Positions 1 through 12,884 of a stretch of DNA of 64,000 bases are shown here, piece by piece. How positions within the stretch are numbered: position 1 is the first letter of the stretch; every line of letters begins with the position of its first letter. Where the stretch lies: contig DAHVQG010000006.1 of the NCBI GenBank assembly GCA_027317865.1, positions 110,257 to 174,256 on the forward strand. Direction: 5' to 3'. The position numbers were made by a program, and so were the translations under genes. The notes below the pieces were generated by a model. The model was not told where the DNA came from. It saw only the letters and a program-made list of their open reading frames with translations, and made no database searches. The stretch is from Bdellovibrionales bacterium. Lineage in GTDB: Bacteria; Bdellovibrionota; Bdellovibrionia; Bdellovibrionales; UBA1609.

Positions 1-2
1 TG

Positions 3-887
3 ACCTTCGACTGGCCGCGAACGATTGACGAAATCACAATCGAGCACCCCCAACGTTCCAGTGACATTTATCGCGCCATTCATTTTTTATTGGTGCAACG
101 AATTCTTCGGTTTGGTTCAAAAACGGTTGATGCCGAAACAACCGAGAACAAAAGAATTCGCCTCAACCGGATCTGGCACGACATGCAAAAACAAAATCTA
201 TTTGAAATACTCGGGGTCACACGGTTGGCTAAATATTCAGATATAAACCGCAACTACCGGGAACTCGCAAAGGTTCTTCACCCCGATCGCATCCCAGAGA
301 GCGCGCCTGACGATTTAAGAGAACTCAATAAAAAGGTTTTTGAAAAAATCACGGCAGCCCATGAAACACTCAGCGATGAGACTCGCCGACAAATTTATTT
401 GAAAACTCTCGAACATGGTCTGGCCGATGAAATTTTGCAGGCTGAAAGCATGTTTGAACAGGCAACTCACCTTTTAAAAGCACAACACTTTCGCGAAGCG
501 CGAAAGATTTTCGAAAAAGTTCTAAAAATGACCGGTAAGCGATCAGACACAGTCGTGTATTATTTGTGGGCTCTAATAAAAGAAAAGCGTCATCGCTCGA
601 ACCGTGAAGATTTGATTTCGCGCGTGCAAGATCTTTTGCAAACGATCGCACACGAAGACCGCCATAGCCCGCAATATTTTTTCGTCAAAGGTATGAGCTA
701 CGAGCTTACCGGGCAAATCCAGCATGCATATCAAACGTTTAAGCGCGTTTTAAGTATGGATCCTGAATTTTTCGACGCGAAAAAAGAACTCAGCTATATC
801 AAACAACAATATGCACAAAAAAAGACATCGTTTACCGACGAGCTTTCTGTCGTCGTGACAAAAATTCTTGGCCGCAAAACAGGTTAG
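3..887 (+). CDS. DnaJ-domain + TPR protein (5'-truncated by window edge)
   Basis: Frame is open from base 3. J-domain HPD motif (LAKVLHPDR), followed by TPR-like helices. Confidence 0.8.
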   Translation, partial: TFDWPRTIDEITIEHPQRSSDIYRAIHFLLVQRILRFGSKTVDAETTENKRIRLNRIWHDMQKQNLFEILGVTRLAKYSDINRNYRELAKVLHPDRIPESAPDDLRELNKKVFEKITAAHETLSDETRRQIYLKTLEHGLADEILQAESMFEQATHLLKAQHFREARKIFEKVLKMTGKRSDTVVYYLWALIKEKRHRSNREDLISRVQDLLQTIAHEDRHSPQYFFVKGMSYELTGQIQHAYQTFKRVLSMDPEFFDAKKELSYIKQQYAQKKTSFTDELSVVVTKILGRKTG

Positions 888-891
888 AGCC

Positions 892-1758
892 TTAGCCTTT
901 CTTCTTCGGTCGAAACAACGCTTTCACGAAAGTTTTGCGTTCGTCTTCTATTTCTTCAAAATCTTCTACGGGATTATCCGCTCGAATCTTCTTATTGAAA
1001 TCGAGAACTCGGTCGCGAACAAAGTGCTTTGGCGGCAGTGGCCCTAATTTTGCCGCCCATTTTTCATACTTTTCTTCACGTTCGGTCTTTTCTGGAGCCG
1101 GCTTCGTTTGATTTGGTTCAAGGGTCGTTTCCGAACTTTGCTGTAACGGAAACTGTGGTTGCATTCCGGCCGCTTCTGCCTGCTCAAAAATTTTCGACGT
1201 TTCTCGAAACGGATCATCGTTCTTATCGAGCGAAAAAACCGGGTCATCTTTCGCCATTGTTTCAATGTTCTGACGAACTTTTTCTAGAGTTTCTACAGGC
1301 TGACCATTTTCGTCGTATGAAGCCACGTAGGCCTGGGCCTCGTCACTGTTATGAAACTGCCCTTTAATTTTTGCGTATTTTTCTAGGAGTGGAGCCTCGT
1401 CAATTCCACCAAGATTGGCAATCGTAAGAATCAGTTTGCGGGGGTTGACCGGGCTATCTAAAATTTCATCAACGCCTGAATCGCGAAAATCGTCCGTGTT
1501 AATCGCATATTCGCTAGACTTAAGAGCGATGACTTTTGGCAATCCTCGCTTGCGGTAAAGGCTCTGCGTCAACTGTAAACCGTCTACTTTTTTACCACGC
1601 GCGGATGTAATAAGAATGTGCGGGTTGAACCCCAAACTCATATCCGCATATTTTTTTTGATTTTGGACTCCCTCTACGTCGAGCCCCAATTTTTTTAAAA
1701 GTGCTTCAAGGTAGATGAGTTCGTTATAATCGTCTATGACTAGAAATACTCTTAGCAT
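892..1758 (-). CDS. Response-regulator receiver-like protein with charged C-terminal region
   Basis: N-terminal VFLVIDD receiver start; canonical phospho-Asp not evident. Confidence 0.6.
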   Translation of the reverse strand: MLRVFLVIDDYNELIYLEALLKKLGLDVEGVQNQKKYADMSLGFNPHILITSARGKKVDGLQLTQSLYRKRGLPKVIALKSSEYAINTDDFRDSGVDEILDSPVNPRKLILTIANLGGIDEAPLLEKYAKIKGQFHNSDEAQAYVASYDENGQPVETLEKVRQNIETMAKDDPVFSLDKNDDPFRETSKIFEQAEAAGMQPQFPLQQSSETTLEPNQTKPAPEKTEREEKYEKWAAKLGPLPPKHFVRDRVLDFNKKIRADNPVEDFEEIEDERKTFVKALFRPKKKG

Positions 1759-1829
1759 TCTCTATTTTGTGAATTTATTTTTTAAACCGTCAACCCGGCA
1801 AAACGTCGGGGTATAAAAACGGAGTTCAA

Positions 1830-2942
1830 TTGCAGGAGTTAAAGCGCGGTCTATTGGCGATAAAGTACATCGCGTTTGAATTATTACCGGTATTTCTGAT
1901 CGGGTTGACGATTTTTGTTTTAGTGCTGGTCATGTTCCAGTCATTTCAATTGAGCGAATACGTGATCATTCACGGCGCACGGCTCACGGATGTTTTAAAA
2001 ATGGTGGCGTACGTCACGTTGGGTTTTTTGCCGATTCTTTTGCCGATTGCACTATTATTTGCGGTTCTGCTCACCTACGGAAGAATGAGCGGCGATTCCG
2101 AAATCGTCGCAATGAAAGCGCTGGGGTTACGGCCCATCCACATGCTGCTCCCGGCGTTAATCGTCGGGCTTTGCGTTTCTGTATTGTCTCTGCAATTGTC
2201 GTTTCGCCTCGCGCCGTGGGGCAATCGCGAACTCAACATTCTGCTCACGCGAATTGAAGAAACGCGCCCGACGATTACGATTCGCAACGGAGTTTTTGCA
2301 CAAGGCGCATTTGATATGGTGATTTACGCGAACAAAGTCGATGCCGCCAACAATCTCCTCCATAATGTTTTTATTTATGATGAGCAAAACCCAAAAGCGC
2401 CACTTACCATTATCGCAAAAGAGGGGCGGCTCATTACTCACGAAACGAAATTGGGTCAGGCGGCGTATTTGCAATTGTCAAATGGCAGCGTTCACAAATC
2501 GTCAGCGGCATCGTATACAAAAATCGACTTTTCAACCTACGACATTAAATTATTCGACCCCAACACAGTTAAAAAAACAAAAATCGGCCCCCAGCAAATG
2601 AATATGGGTCAACTTTATGCTGCCATACACAAAATGCCGAAAAACGATTCGCATCGAGTCGATTATCTTTTGGAGTGGAATACGCGCTGGGCTCTATCTG
2701 CCACCTGTCTAATTCTAGCGCTCGTCGGGATGGGGCTTGGCACAACAACCAACCGTCGCACTGCTCGTAGCGGAAGTATGGTCATTTGCATCAGTGCCGT
2801 CGTCGTTTATTGGACACTCTACGTCGCATTCGAAAGCCTCGCTCACAGTGGTAAGCTCCCCGTCCCGGTCGCCGCTTGGATGACCAATCTCATCTTTTTG
2901 ATCTTTGGGCTCTACCAGTTCCAGAAAGTTCGTGATCGCTAA
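1830..2942 (+). CDS. lptF: LPS export ABC transporter permease, LptF/LptG family
   Basis: TYGRMSGDSEIVAMKALG motif; 3+3 TM helices around a periplasmic domain. Confidence 0.85.
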   Translation: MQELKRGLLAIKYIAFELLPVFLIGLTIFVLVLVMFQSFQLSEYVIIHGARLTDVLKMVAYVTLGFLPILLPIALLFAVLLTYGRMSGDSEIVAMKALGLRPIHMLLPALIVGLCVSVLSLQLSFRLAPWGNRELNILLTRIEETRPTITIRNGVFAQGAFDMVIYANKVDAANNLLHNVFIYDEQNPKAPLTIIAKEGRLITHETKLGQAAYLQLSNGSVHKSSAASYTKIDFSTYDIKLFDPNTVKKTKIGPQQMNMGQLYAAIHKMPKNDSHRVDYLLEWNTRWALSATCLILALVGMGLGTTTNRRTARSGSMVICISAVVVYWTLYVAFESLAHSGKLPVPVAAWMTNLIFLIFGLYQFQKVRDR

Positions 2943-3620
2943 AATATCATTGGCGTCACGTATCGGGAACGCTCCTCCGTCGCAAATTAAATCAAGACCG
3001 CCAAGCCCTGGATCTAACGGGAACGTCGGAACTGCAGCCAGAGTTTTGTTGAATTCGCGGACAAATCGCGCCGTCATAAGCGTGCCACTACGTCGCTTTG
3101 CCTCTACGACAATCGTCAGAGGAGAAATCGCGGCAATTAAACGATTGCGCGCCCAAAAAAATTCGCGTCGCATTTGGCTGCTCGGACTAAACTGGCTGAC
3201 CACTGCGCCGCCGGCTTCGACTACAGGCTCAATCCAATCGACGAGCGCAGGAGGGTAAATTTGCATAAGCCCCGCCGGAACAAAAATTACCGTCGGCATC
3301 CGGCACCGAAGCGCCATTTGGTGCGTTTTCATATCGATGCCGCGTGCACCGCCACTAACCAAAACAAAAGACCGCTTTTGTAATAAAAGCGGTAATTCTT
3401 GTTCCATCCATCTCAGAGACGCGCTCGAGGGATTACGGCTGCCAACAATTGAAATGCAAAAGTGTTGATTCCATACGGGTTGCCCCCAGTACGTCAACAT
3501 ATGCGCGCGGATGGGCATATCACGAAAAGCTCGCGGGTAATCGACCGCTCCCGGGTATGTGATTTTCACATTTGTTTGTTCGCACCATTTTTTTTCGTGA
3601 TCGGAAAATAAATCGAACAT
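2715..3620 (-). CDS. dprA: DNA-processing protein DprA
   Basis: SIVGSR, VSGGARGID, RNRLIAA and VVEAKRRSGTL motifs; GAGGA RBS. Confidence 0.9.
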   Translation of the reverse strand: MFDLFSDHEKKWCEQTNVKITYPGAVDYPRAFRDMPIRAHMLTYWGQPVWNQHFCISIVGSRNPSSASLRWMEQELPLLLQKRSFVLVSGGARGIDMKTHQMALRCRMPTVIFVPAGLMQIYPPALVDWIEPVVEAGGAVVSQFSPSSQMRREFFWARNRLIAAISPLTIVVEAKRRSGTLMTARFVREFNKTLAAVPTFPLDPGLGGLDLICDGGAFPIRDANDILAITNFLELVEPKDQKDEIGHPSGDRDGELTTVSEAFECDVECPINDDGTDANDHTSATSSATVGCCAKPHPDER

Positions 3621-3717
3621 GCTAGAGTCCTCTTGCGAGCACTAATGCAACTCTCAAGCCATGCCGAGCATAGTCACTTCTTTAATTTCGCCGTAATCAA
3701 CTTCCGGATTTGTCCGG

Positions 3718-5520
<1,803 letters not shown>

Positions 5521-5553
5521 ATGAACATCCTTGTTCGATTTCGCTAATTATTA

Positions 5554-6171
5554 TTATTCGACCTGTCTGCCGGTACTACGCTCCGCTTGCAGTACTTTTT
5601 CTTCCATCCCCGCTTTTAACACTTCAGGACTACCTGGGAATTCATGACGTATCTGCTGCAAAACTTCTTCCGAAAACTTATACAATCCCAACTGCTGATA
5701 ACACACAGCTTTGCCGTATAAAGCCGCCACGTACTTTTTGCCTTCGGGATAATCCGTTAAAATACGCTGAAAATCGCGCAACGCCTCAGGCGTCATTCCT
5801 AAAATTAAATATGTTTCACCCCGCAAATACAGCGCGCTGTCGGCAAAAACGCTTTGCGGAAAGCGATAAACAAATTGCGAGACGTAATAATCGAGCGCGC
5901 CAAGCTGGCGCGCTTGGTAGGCGCGAACAACAGCCGAGTAAAGCGACTGCTCGTTTAGCGGACTCGGGAGCGGATATTTCTTGTCTATTTGAGCTTGTTC
6001 ACGGTGGCGGGCATTTTCTAAAACTCTTGAAAAATTAAATCGCTCTTGTCGTTTTTCAAGACGCAAATGACGATAAAATAGTTGAGTCAAATTTACCGAT
6101 GGTTGAACAGGCTTTTGAGCGCAACCAACGCTAAACGCAAGTCCGAGTAAGCCCAATAATGCAGCCTTCAT
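5554..6171 (-). CDS. TPR lipoprotein (CpoB/YbgF- or BamD-like)
   Basis: Lipobox-like SVGC; TPR motifs FPQS-FADSALYLRGE and YPEG..ALY. Confidence 0.7.
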   Translation of the reverse strand: MKAALLGLLGLAFSVGCAQKPVQPSVNLTQLFYRHLRLEKRQERFNFSRVLENARHREQAQIDKKYPLPSPLNEQSLYSAVVRAYQARQLGALDYYVSQFVYRFPQSVFADSALYLRGETYLILGMTPEALRDFQRILTDYPEGKKYVAALYGKAVCYQQLGLYKFSEEVLQQIRHEFPGSPEVLKAGMEEKVLQAERSTGRQVE

Positions 6172-6210
6172 AAATATCAGGTTAACCAAAGAACTCGCTT
6201 CTCGCAAAAG

Positions 6211-6233
6211 TTATCCACAGGTTTTGTGGAATG
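6211..6233. promoter_or_regulatory. DnaA box (perfect TTATCCACA) plus degenerate inverted box
   Basis: TTATCCACA at 6211-6219; TGTGGAATG at 6225-6233. Confidence 0.45.
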
Positions 6234-6448
6234 GTTGCGCCACTCGACCATGGACCTATTGTCAGACAACGGTTAGAGCGAATTGCATAAATTCTGCGCA
6301 CAGGTAAGTGCATGAAACTAATTGATTTTTTTAGATCTTGCTGACCCCCTTAGTTTTTAGAAATTCACATTCTTAAACTGCTAGTTTCGGTTTCCGGACC
6401 GTTTCGGAAAAAATGAAATTTCCTGTCAGATTTTATTGTAGCTAACCG

Positions 6449-7396
6449 TTGGCAAGAAAAATGCTTCTGGGGCAAAACATGTGGAAAACGGTTTTAGCTG
6501 TAACCCTCGTACTTTTCTTTTCAAACACTTATTTGCACAATTTTTTAGCAGATACGGTTTGGCTTAGCCATCGCGTCTGCCTTGATCGATTTCAAACAAC
6601 CGGCATAACTGCTCATTTTTATCGCACTGTTGTGTGCGCCGAACGAAGTGAAAATGGGTTCGGCAAAAATAGGACTGCTAATGCCGTCGTATTACTCATG
6701 GTCTCGTCATTACAAATTGTTTGGCTTGAAATTTTGCTATCGCTTTACATTCGCCGCCAATCGCTTGCGGGTTCCATTGTTATTCCTCTCGTGATCGTCT
6801 TGTATGCATTTGCCACAGGGTTGCGCCCGGTTGTCGTGCGTGCAGTTGCGCAATTATTAGTTGAGCGAACATCTCGCCGTGAAAAATGGGGATGGCCGCC
6901 CCTTTACTGTACAACCGTTGCGAGTCTTCTAACGCTCATGATGTTTCCTAACTTTGTATTAGCCGCCGGATTTCTAATCAGTTGGATTGCGGCGACTTGG
7001 GCAAGAATTGTTGCCAAATGGCCCCATCGCTATTGGTTTTTACTTCTTTTTATATATCCGGTCTTTTTCGGTTTTCCGTTCAGCCACTCGATTTCGCTTG
7101 GAGCACTTATTGGATGGCTCATTCGTCCGTTGCTGCTCGGAATTCTTATCCCGCCAAGTTTTCTTGTTTTTGTTTTTCCGATTCTTCATCGCGTCGTTGA
7201 CCCGATTTGGCAGATTTATAACTGGACGATTTCAGCCCTGGCACGAAATTTCGGTCCCGTTGCACTTTCGCTTCACTCTTCATTGTTGTTTCTTTGGAGT
7301 TATCTCCTCATCAGCCTCGCATTTGGCCTCTGGATAACCCATTATCAGCGGCGCAGTGAAATCTGGAGTGACATCGTCCCATGCGAATTTTTTTGA
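6449..7396 (+). CDS. comEC: ComEC/Rec2 competence membrane domain (N-terminal part of split comEC)
   Basis: Polytopic membrane protein; YAFATGLRPVVVRA and GFLISW resemble ComEC motifs; MBL-domain gene follows. Confidence 0.65.
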   Translation: MARKMLLGQNMWKTVLAVTLVLFFSNTYLHNFLADTVWLSHRVCLDRFQTTGITAHFYRTVVCAERSENGFGKNRTANAVVLLMVSSLQIVWLEILLSLYIRRQSLAGSIVIPLVIVLYAFATGLRPVVVRAVAQLLVERTSRREKWGWPPLYCTTVASLLTLMMFPNFVLAAGFLISWIAATWARIVAKWPHRYWFLLLFIYPVFFGFPFSHSISLGALIGWLIRPLLLGILIPPSFLVFVFPILHRVVDPIWQIYNWTISALARNFGPVALSLHSSLLFLWSYLLISLAFGLWITHYQRRSEIWSDIVPCEFF

Positions 7397-8154
7397 TATT
7401 TCTTAGCGCTTTTATTTTTTCCCGTTCGATCGCACCCGAGGTTCAACCGTTTGTTGTGATTTGGAATATCGGCCAAGGGCAATGGATCACAGTCGTCACT
7501 AATAATGTGTGCATTCATTTTGACATGGGCGGTGAGTGGCTGCCTAACTATGGCAATCGCCGAACGCCGCCGGTATTGAAGCTTTGTTCTGATAAATTAA
7601 ATCGTGTTTACCTTTCTCATAGCGACATGGACCACATTAAATTTTTATCTTGGGGGATGGATCATTTACTCCAATTGTGTGATGCGGCTCCACCACTTGA
7701 CCCGATGAACGCGCGAAAGCGCGCCCTCATCGCGAAAGTTCCACGCTGTCATTCCCCGTTACCCACACGTGAAGTTAAAGTAGTTGAAATCACCCCGCGG
7801 TTTAAAACTCATGAATTTAGCGGGCACAACGATTTCAGCCGGATATTTGTTATTTACGGTCCTTATCGCGCCATACTGATACCTGGCGATAGCGAGGCGC
7901 ACGCAGAAGCCGTTTGGTCAAAGCGCTTGTACAATTTGCCACCGGTTCAAATTTTGGTGGCTGGCCATCACGGGAGCAAAACAAGCACAAGTGAAACCTT
8001 GTTACGAGCCCTGCCTAATTTACAAATTGCCGTCGCCTCGGCAAGAAAGGCACGCTACGGTCATCCCGACCCAATTGTCGTCGCCCGATTGCGTGCCGAT
8101 GGCGTGCCCCTTTTGCGCACCGAAATTTGGGGCAATATCGCCTTACAGTTATAA
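7381..8154 (+). CDS. ComEC-type metallo-beta-lactamase domain protein
   Basis: NIGQG, SHSDMDH, PGD, GHHGSKTS and YGHP motifs. Confidence 0.85.
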   Translation: MRIFLIFLSAFIFSRSIAPEVQPFVVIWNIGQGQWITVVTNNVCIHFDMGGEWLPNYGNRRTPPVLKLCSDKLNRVYLSHSDMDHIKFLSWGMDHLLQLCDAAPPLDPMNARKRALIAKVPRCHSPLPTREVKVVEITPRFKTHEFSGHNDFSRIFVIYGPYRAILIPGDSEAHAEAVWSKRLYNLPPVQILVAGHHGSKTSTSETLLRALPNLQIAVASARKARYGHPDPIVVARLRADGVPLLRTEIWGNIALQL

Positions 8155-9261
8155 CTAGATTTTAAAGGGCCGATACTCCATGCCAAGATCGCGCGCCACG
8201 GGTTCGTATGCGACATAACCGTTGTACACATTGAGCCCAAGGTACAAAGCGCGATCTTTTTTTACAGCCTCTTCAACTCCGTAGCGAGCGAGCATGGAAC
8301 AATACTTATAAGTCGCGTTGTTGAGTGCGTAAGTCGATGTCCTCGCAACTGCGCCGGGCATATTGGGTACCGCGTAGTGGATCACGCCATCAACTTCGTA
8401 AGTCGGCTGCATGTGTGACGTCGGCTTACATGTTTCAATGCAACCACCTTGATCAACCGCGACGTCAACAATCACGCTCCCCGGCATCATGCGCGAAACC
8501 ATTTCTTTGGTAACCAAGCGCGGAGCGCGATGACCCGTAACTAAAACGGCTCCGACTACAAGATGTGACTGAGAAATTGCTTCTTCAATATTATGCGCAT
8601 TCGAATAAAGCGTTTGGATACGTCCTTGAAATACGTCATCCAAATATTCGAGACGCTTATGATTGACGTCGAGAATCGTGACGTTAGCACCTAAACCAAC
8701 CGCCATTTTGGCAGCGTTTATTCCCACAACTCCACCACCGAGAACGGTAACTTGCGCGCGCTCAACACCTGTCACGCCGCCGAGAAGCACGCCCATTCCG
8801 CCGCGATCTTTTTGTAAATACGTCGCGCCGATTTGTGTCGCCATCCGTCCGGCAACTTCGCTCATCGGAGTTAGAAGCGGCAGCGAGCCATCTTCAAGTT
8901 GAATCGTTTCATAGGCTATGGCTTTAACTTTACGATCGCAAAGTGCTTTCGTGAGTTTGGGCTCGGGCGCTAAGTGCAAATAAGTGTAGAGCACCAAATT
9001 TTCATGCATAAGATTATACTCTTCAGGGAGCGGCTCTTTCACTTTAACTATCATTTGAGCTTCGGCCCAAACATCTTTGGCCGATGGCAAAATCTTCGCG
9101 CCCGCCTTTTCATACGAGTCATTTGAAATATGACTCCCGACGCCGGCATCTTTTTCGATGTAAACGGTATGACCTTCAATAATAAGCTGACGAACCGAAG
9201 CGTCTGTGAGCCCAACTCGGTTTTCACCAATTTTTATTTCTTTAGGTACTCCAATGATCAT
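8155..9261 (-). CDS. ald: Alanine dehydrogenase
   Basis: MIIGVPKEIK..ENRV, VKVKEP, PMSEVAGR and VAVDQGGC motifs. Confidence 0.97.
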   Translation of the reverse strand: MIIGVPKEIKIGENRVGLTDASVRQLIIEGHTVYIEKDAGVGSHISNDSYEKAGAKILPSAKDVWAEAQMIVKVKEPLPEEYNLMHENLVLYTYLHLAPEPKLTKALCDRKVKAIAYETIQLEDGSLPLLTPMSEVAGRMATQIGATYLQKDRGGMGVLLGGVTGVERAQVTVLGGGVVGINAAKMAVGLGANVTILDVNHKRLEYLDDVFQGRIQTLYSNAHNIEEAISQSHLVVGAVLVTGHRAPRLVTKEMVSRMMPGSVIVDVAVDQGGCIETCKPTSHMQPTYEVDGVIHYAVPNMPGAVARTSTYALNNATYKYCSMLARYGVEEAVKKDRALYLGLNVYNGYVAYEPVARDLGMEYRPFKI

Positions 9262-9315
9262 TTTAATTTCTCCCGCCCGCAGGCTGGCCTGATTTTCTAT
9301 TGGCAGCGGGAGATA

Positions 9316-10230
9316 CTAGGCCCAAAGATATTGTACTTCAAGCGGATTTTCTGGCAGGTCCGCGCCAAGTTCAATGACGCGAAAACTATCGTTTGATTCC
9401 AGAATTTTTCGAACAAGACGGTTCATCAAATCATGACCCGCCTTATAAAGGACAACATGACCCATCAACGGCAACCCAAGCGTCACCAGATCGCCCAGCG
9501 CATCGAGAACTTTGTGACGCACAAATTCGTCCGGAAAACGCAAACCTTCAGGATTTAAAATTTCGTCAGTATCTAAAACTATGGCGTTTTCCATACTGCC
9601 GCCACGAGCTAAACCTTTGGCGCGCAAGGCTTCAACTTCTCGGAGAAACCCAAATGTACGCGCGGGTGCCACATTGCGACTAAACGACTGCTCGTTAATG
9701 TCGATATCGAGGGATTGGCGGCCGATCTTGGGGTGCGGGAATTCAATAGTGGCTGAAATTCGAAGACCATTGTAGGGAGCAACATAGGCGTATTTATTGT
9801 CATCGCCAAAATAGATATTTTGATTGATGTAAATGTATTTACGCGGCTGTTCTTGTTCAACCATTCCGGCGCTAACAAGCGCATCCAAAAATATTTTGGC
9901 GCTGCCGTCACCAATAGGAATTTCCGGCCCGTCGAGTTCAATGATTAAATTGTCTATTCGAAACGCCGCGAGAGTCGATAAACAATGCTCGACAGTCGAT
10001 ACTGAAAAATGATCGCCACCTAATGTTGTGGCTAATTGAGTAGCGCGCACATGATCGGCTTTAGCGGCCAAAGCCGGCCGCCCCGGCAAGTCCGCACGCA
10101 CGAAATAAACTCCCGTATTAACGGGCGCTGGACAAAAGGTCAGCTTTGTCGGCTGACCTGTATGCAGACCTATTCCGATGACTTCGACACGGTTGCGTAT
10201 CGTTCGTTGTAAAAACATGTATTTACTCAT
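9316..10230 (-). CDS. lpxC: UDP-3-O-acyl-N-acetylglucosamine deacetylase
   Basis: GIGLHTG, STVEH, ARTFGF, HKVLDALGDL and KAGH motifs. Confidence 0.97.
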   Translation of the reverse strand: MSKYMFLQRTIRNRVEVIGIGLHTGQPTKLTFCPAPVNTGVYFVRADLPGRPALAAKADHVRATQLATTLGGDHFSVSTVEHCLSTLAAFRIDNLIIELDGPEIPIGDGSAKIFLDALVSAGMVEQEQPRKYIYINQNIYFGDDNKYAYVAPYNGLRISATIEFPHPKIGRQSLDIDINEQSFSRNVAPARTFGFLREVEALRAKGLARGGSMENAIVLDTDEILNPEGLRFPDEFVRHKVLDALGDLVTLGLPLMGHVVLYKAGHDLMNRLVRKILESNDSFRVIELGADLPENPLEVQYLWA

Positions 10231-10468
10231 TTATACAAATTTAATGCCAATGGCAAAGCATCGCTAAAGCATGCATTTAAGGTGGGTAGGAGCTCTAAAA
10301 CACATATTTGATACCAATTGCATGTGGCTGAAAAACAACACGTGTGTGACGATCGCAACACGCTCATCATTTTCTTTTTGTAATCCGGTTTATTGGCGCG
10401 CTCGCAATCTAAAAATGGCATTTTCAACCTACTTAAAAAATAGCGGGAGGGGTGAAGGCAGGTGAATC

Positions 10469-11260
10469 GTGGGAGCAATATCAGGACTAAATCGCATCGC
10501 AATTGCGCTTTTAATTAGCGTGGTGGCACCGGCGGGGTTTTCAGCGTCTCCGATCGGTCACTTCGGCGACGATTGCGATGAACTATTATCGAACTTCGCA
10601 ACTCTCGACACATCCGTCGAAAGGCCCTTGACTAAGATTTTTAGAGATCACGCCTTTGAACTTGTTTCTCCCGACTCAAAAGAGGTGTCGGAACTGAAAC
10701 TTTCACATTTTTATACTCTCCTTCGAAATGAGATCCTGACAGAAGCACTCCCCTCAAAGCAACTCTACAACTGGATTTTAACTGAAAAAAAAATGGGGGA
10801 CCAGGTTCGAGACGGGTCGCTGCCAGCTGACAATACAGTTAAAATTTTGCGCCATACTCTGCAAGCGCTAGTAGTGACCGCCGTTGCGTCGGATCTCATC
10901 CCAATTGTCGAAGACATTGAGACGGAATACAAAATGGTATTTGCATCGCTGGTTATTTCGCAACGGGCGCCGCCGGCTAAGTGGAAGGTAAATTTAAAAG
11001 CAATTACCGACTCGTCGTCACGCGATTTTATTCGCCATAGCCCTCTCACCCAATATCGACTTTTTCATTTTCTACAAAAGGGCCCGTATTTGGGCCGAGT
11101 TGAAGTTCTGTATCGCGAGCTCTCAACTCTGCAGATCCGTGCCGCGCAAGAAATTCAAGCTCAAAAGCGGCCCGTTGACCCGCGCGTTCAGCCGTTTGTA
11201 GATAAGGTTTTAGGGCGTCACGCAGATTTGGCGGCACTAAGAAAACCGTGGTGGCGCTGA
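10469..11260 (+). CDS. Hypothetical secreted protein
   Basis: 263-aa ORF with signal-peptide-like N-terminus; no recognised motif. Confidence 0.55.
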   Translation: MGAISGLNRIAIALLISVVAPAGFSASPIGHFGDDCDELLSNFATLDTSVERPLTKIFRDHAFELVSPDSKEVSELKLSHFYTLLRNEILTEALPSKQLYNWILTEKKMGDQVRDGSLPADNTVKILRHTLQALVVTAVASDLIPIVEDIETEYKMVFASLVISQRAPPAKWKVNLKAITDSSSRDFIRHSPLTQYRLFHFLQKGPYLGRVEVLYRELSTLQIRAAQEIQAQKRPVDPRVQPFVDKVLGRHADLAALRKPWWR

Positions 11261-12298
11261 TTTTTCTATTTGTTCGTCAGTTTCTAAATGTTCGCTCGCA
11301 CGGCGAGTGATGATTCGGCCGCGGGGTGTTTTTTGCAACAAGCCTTCTTGAATCAAAAATGGCTCATAAACTTCTTCAATTGTATCGGTCTCTTCGCTCA
11401 GAGCTGAGGATAAAGTTTCAATGCCAACTGGTCCGCCGCCGAACTTTTCAAGTATTAACAGCAGAATTTTTCGGTCCATTTGATCAAGACCCAACCGGTC
11501 AACCTCTAATTCATCCAATGCATAGCGGGCGAGTTCCGTTGTTATCACGCCGTCGCCACGAACGTCGGCATAATCTCGCACGCGCCGAAGTAGCCGGTTG
11601 GCAATTCTCGGAGTACCACGACTGCGGCGCGCGATCTCTTCAGCTCCGTCGGAGTGAATTGAGATATTCAACAACCGCGCTGAACGCTCGAGAATTGCCA
11701 CAAGGGCGCCGCGATCGTAAAAATTGAGCCGCTCCAAAATGCCGAAGCGGTCACGAAACGGCGCCTTTAGCAAACCGGCCCGAGTGGTCGCCCCTATTAA
11801 TGTAAATGGTGCCAGTTGAAATCGCATCGTACGTGCGCCGAGACCTTCACCGGTTACAAGATCGAGAGCAAAGTCTTCCATCGCGCTATAGAGATATTCT
11901 TCAACATCCTTCGACAGCCGATGAATTTCGTCGATAAACAAAACCGAGTTGGGGCGCAAACTTGTGAGTATGGCCGCGATGTCACCTTTCTTTGCAATTG
12001 CGGGCCCCGACGTGATTTTGAGTTCAACCCCCATATGGTGGGCAATGATATGGGCGAGTGTCGTTTTACCAAGACCGGGTGGGCCGCACAGTAGAGTATG
12101 GTCGAGTGGCTCTTGGCGGGAGCGAGCCGCTTGCACAAACACTTGAAGTTTATCTTTTACTTTCTCTTGACCTGGAAATTCCGAAAATTGTTTTGGTCGC
12201 AAACTTTGATCTAAATGTTTGTCGGTTTCAATCTTTTCACCCGTCGTGAGACGCGCGGCCGTTACGTTTTCCGTTGTCTTTTCTATTGCGTTTTCCAT
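11237..12298 (-). CDS. ruvB: Holliday junction branch migration helicase RuvB
   Basis: [23 protein letters not shown] and [13 protein letters not shown] motifs. Confidence 0.98.
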   Translation of the reverse strand: MENAIEKTTENVTAARLTTGEKIETDKHLDQSLRPKQFSEFPGQEKVKDKLQVFVQAARSRQEPLDHTLLCGPPGLGKTTLAHIIAHHMGVELKITSGPAIAKKGDIAAILTSLRPNSVLFIDEIHRLSKDVEEYLYSAMEDFALDLVTGEGLGARTMRFQLAPFTLIGATTRAGLLKAPFRDRFGILERLNFYDRGALVAILERSARLLNISIHSDGAEEIARRSRGTPRIANRLLRRVRDYADVRGDGVITTELARYALDELEVDRLGLDQMDRKILLLILEKFGGGPVGIETLSSALSEETDTIEEVYEPFLIQEGLLQKTPRGRIITRRASEHLETDEQIEKSAPPRFS

Positions 12299-12311
12299 AA
12301 CATTATCCTTT

Positions 12312-12884
12312 TCAACAGTTCGAAAGACTCGTCAGCCCCATTTTCACGCCTTCGTTGAAATCCGTCGACGGATCCATCTTATCCACGGTTTTTTCGACCT
12401 CAGACAATTTAAACCCGAGATTCACCAAGGCCGAAATGATATCCGAGCGTGCGGCAAAACCACCAGCACCCAATTCGGAGTTCTCTAAAACGAGTTTACC
12501 CTTTAACTCCAAAATAATTTGTTCGGCTGTTTTCTTACCAACCTTAGGCAATTGCGATAAGCCTCGCACATCGCCATCATCAATCATTTGCACAATTGAA
12601 TGCATAGGCGCACCCGAGAGAATTTTCATCGCGACCTTTGGACCGATCCCGTTAACTTTCACGAGCGACAAAAACAATTCTTTTTCTGCTCGCGAGGCAA
12701 ATCCAAAAAGTTGAATGACATCTTCGCGAACGTGCGTGTGGATATAAAGTTTTGCCGATTTGTGCCCAACGGTCGAATCGTACGTATAATTTGACACGTA
12801 AACCTCATAGCCGACTCCGCCGACATCGAGAATCACAATTTCGTCGCTGTAGCGCGAGACTTGGCCCTGCAACTGCGCAATCAT
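12312..12884 (-). CDS. ruvA: Holliday junction DNA-binding protein RuvA
   Basis: GGVGYEV, HVRED..LFGF, GIGPK and GKKTAE motifs. Confidence 0.97.
   Translation of the reverse strand: MIAQLQGQVSRYSDEIVILDVGGVGYEVYVSNYTYDSTVGHKSAKLYIHTHVREDVIQLFGFASRAEKELFLSLVKVNGIGPKVAMKILSGAPMHSIVQMIDDGDVRGLSQLPKVGKKTAEQIILELKGKLVLENSELGAGGFAARSDIISALVNLGFKLSEVEKTVDKMDPSTDFNEGVKMGLTSLSNC

Noticed and set aside
6180-6448. oriC suggested by DnaA boxes
   Set aside because: Only one perfect box, and no dnaA, dnaN or gidA context.
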